NCBI GenBank assembly: GCA_963665325.3
Contig: CAXXWS020000002.1
Coordinates: 864,001 to 928,000 of the forward strand
Direction: 5' to 3'
Length of the DNA stretch: 64,000 bases
Source of the DNA: Alphaproteobacteria bacterium
GTDB taxonomy: Bacteria > Pseudomonadota > Alphaproteobacteria > Bin95
Positions 63,007-64,000 of the stretch are shown piece after piece (position 1 is the first letter of the stretch; every line of letters begins with the position of its first letter). A program made the translations under genes and the position numbers. The notes below the pieces were generated by a model. The model had not been told where the DNA came from and ran no database searches. It saw only the letters and a list, made by a program, of their open reading frames with translations.

Positions 63007-64000
63007 CGGCGCTCCCGCGCTGGCTCGACATCGGCGTCCTTCCGGTCGTCAACCTCGTGCTTGCACTGCTGGCGGCGGCGGTCGTGGTCGCGCTGGTCGG
63101 CGAGAACCCGCTGGAGGTCTTCGCGGTTCTCCTGCAAGGGGCGTTTTCGCCGGGATCGCTCGGCTACACGCTCTACTACGCGACCAATTTCATGTTCACC
63201 GGCCTCGCAGCCGCGCTCGCCTTCCAGGCCCGGCTGTTCAATATCGGGGCGGAGGGGCAGGCGATGCTTGGCGGTCTCGGCGTCGCGCTTGTCTGCCTTG
63301 CGCTGGAACCGGTCCTGCCGGGCTACCTCGTTGCTCTTGTCGCGATCGCCGCCGCCGCACTCTTCGGCGCTGCCTGGGCCGTCGTGCCGGGCTGGCTGCA
63401 GGCATACCGGGGCAGCCACATCGTCATCACCACCATCATGTTCAACTTCCTCGCCTCCGGGCTCATGGTCTGGCTGCTTTCGGGGCCGATGATGCGCCCC
63501 GGCCAAGGCTCGCCGCAGACCCGGCTGTTCGGCGAGGCCGTGCGCCTGCCGGCGATCCACGACTTCCTTCGCGGCCTCGGCTTCGAGGCCGCCCGCTCGC
63601 CGCTCAACCTTTCCTTCCTGTTCGCGCTGCTCGCCTGCGCGGCCGTCTGGGTGCTGATCTGGCGCACCAAGTTCGGCTACGCGCTGCGGGCCATTGGCCA
63701 CAGCGAGGAGGCGGCGCGCTATGCCGGCATTCCCGTCCGGCGCGCGACGGTCGTCGCGATGGCACTTTCGGGCGCGCTCGCGGGCTGCATGGCGCTCAAC
63801 GAGGTGCTCGGTGTGCAGCACAAGCTGGTGCTCAACTTCTCCGCCGGATACGGCTTCACCGGCATCGCGGTTGCGCTGATGGGCCGTAACCATCCCCTCG
63901 GCATACTGGCGGCGAGCCTGCTCTTCGGCGCGCTCTTCCAGGGCGGCGCGGAGCTTAACTTCGAGTTCGAGACCGTCACTCACGAACTGGCGCTGGTGAT
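63003..64000 (+). CDS. ABC transporter permease; runs off the window
   Basis: GTGA overlap; MTALPRWLD..., LFNIGAEGQ, HIVITTIMFNF, GFTGIAVALMGRNHP. Confidence 0.9.
   Translation, partial: MTALPRWLDIGVLPVVNLVLALLAAAVVVALVGENPLEVFAVLLQGAFSPGSLGYTLYYATNFMFTGLAAALAFQARLFNIGAEGQAMLGGLGVALVCLALEPVLPGYLVALVAIAAAALFGAAWAVVPGWLQAYRGSHIVITTIMFNFLASGLMVWLLSGPMMRPGQGSPQTRLFGEAVRLPAIHDFLRGLGFEAARSPLNLSFLFALLACAAVWVLIWRTKFGYALRAIGHSEEAARYAGIPVRRATVVAMALSGALAGCMALNEVLGVQHKLVLNFSAGYGFTGIAVALMGRNHPLGILAASLLFGALFQGGAELNFEFETVTHELALV

Overview
GC-rich bacterial chromosomal segment, most consistent with an alphaproteobacterium (alpha-type sdhCDAB, gatCAB, plsY-dprA-topA-rnr, PimC/PimD-like acyl-CoA dehydrogenases). 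It is densely coding, with about 50 CDS, one tRNA-Pro(CGG) and one frameshifted sulfurtransferase. I see no CRISPR array, integrase, transposase or rRNA. Housekeeping blocks alternate with catabolic genes: two luciferase-like oxidoreductases, split and fused hydantoinase/oxoprolinase genes, two GSTs, hydrolases, a ThDP enzyme and a CoA transferase. The most notable features are (1) a purine-rich array with 10-bp phasing (core ATGGGCAR, each copy opening a mini-ORF) directly upstream of an autoinhibited-type Fic gene; (2) a coenzyme F420 module (fno-cofE-cofD) placed at the head of the plsY-dprA-topA-rnr run; (3) a stand-alone secreted tandem Cache-like protein and a secreted Cys-less FGE/CLec-fold protein that share an identical upstream 11-mer; and (4) the single-base frameshift. 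All calls come from motif recognition by eye, with no database search. Start codons were re-picked from the ORF track.
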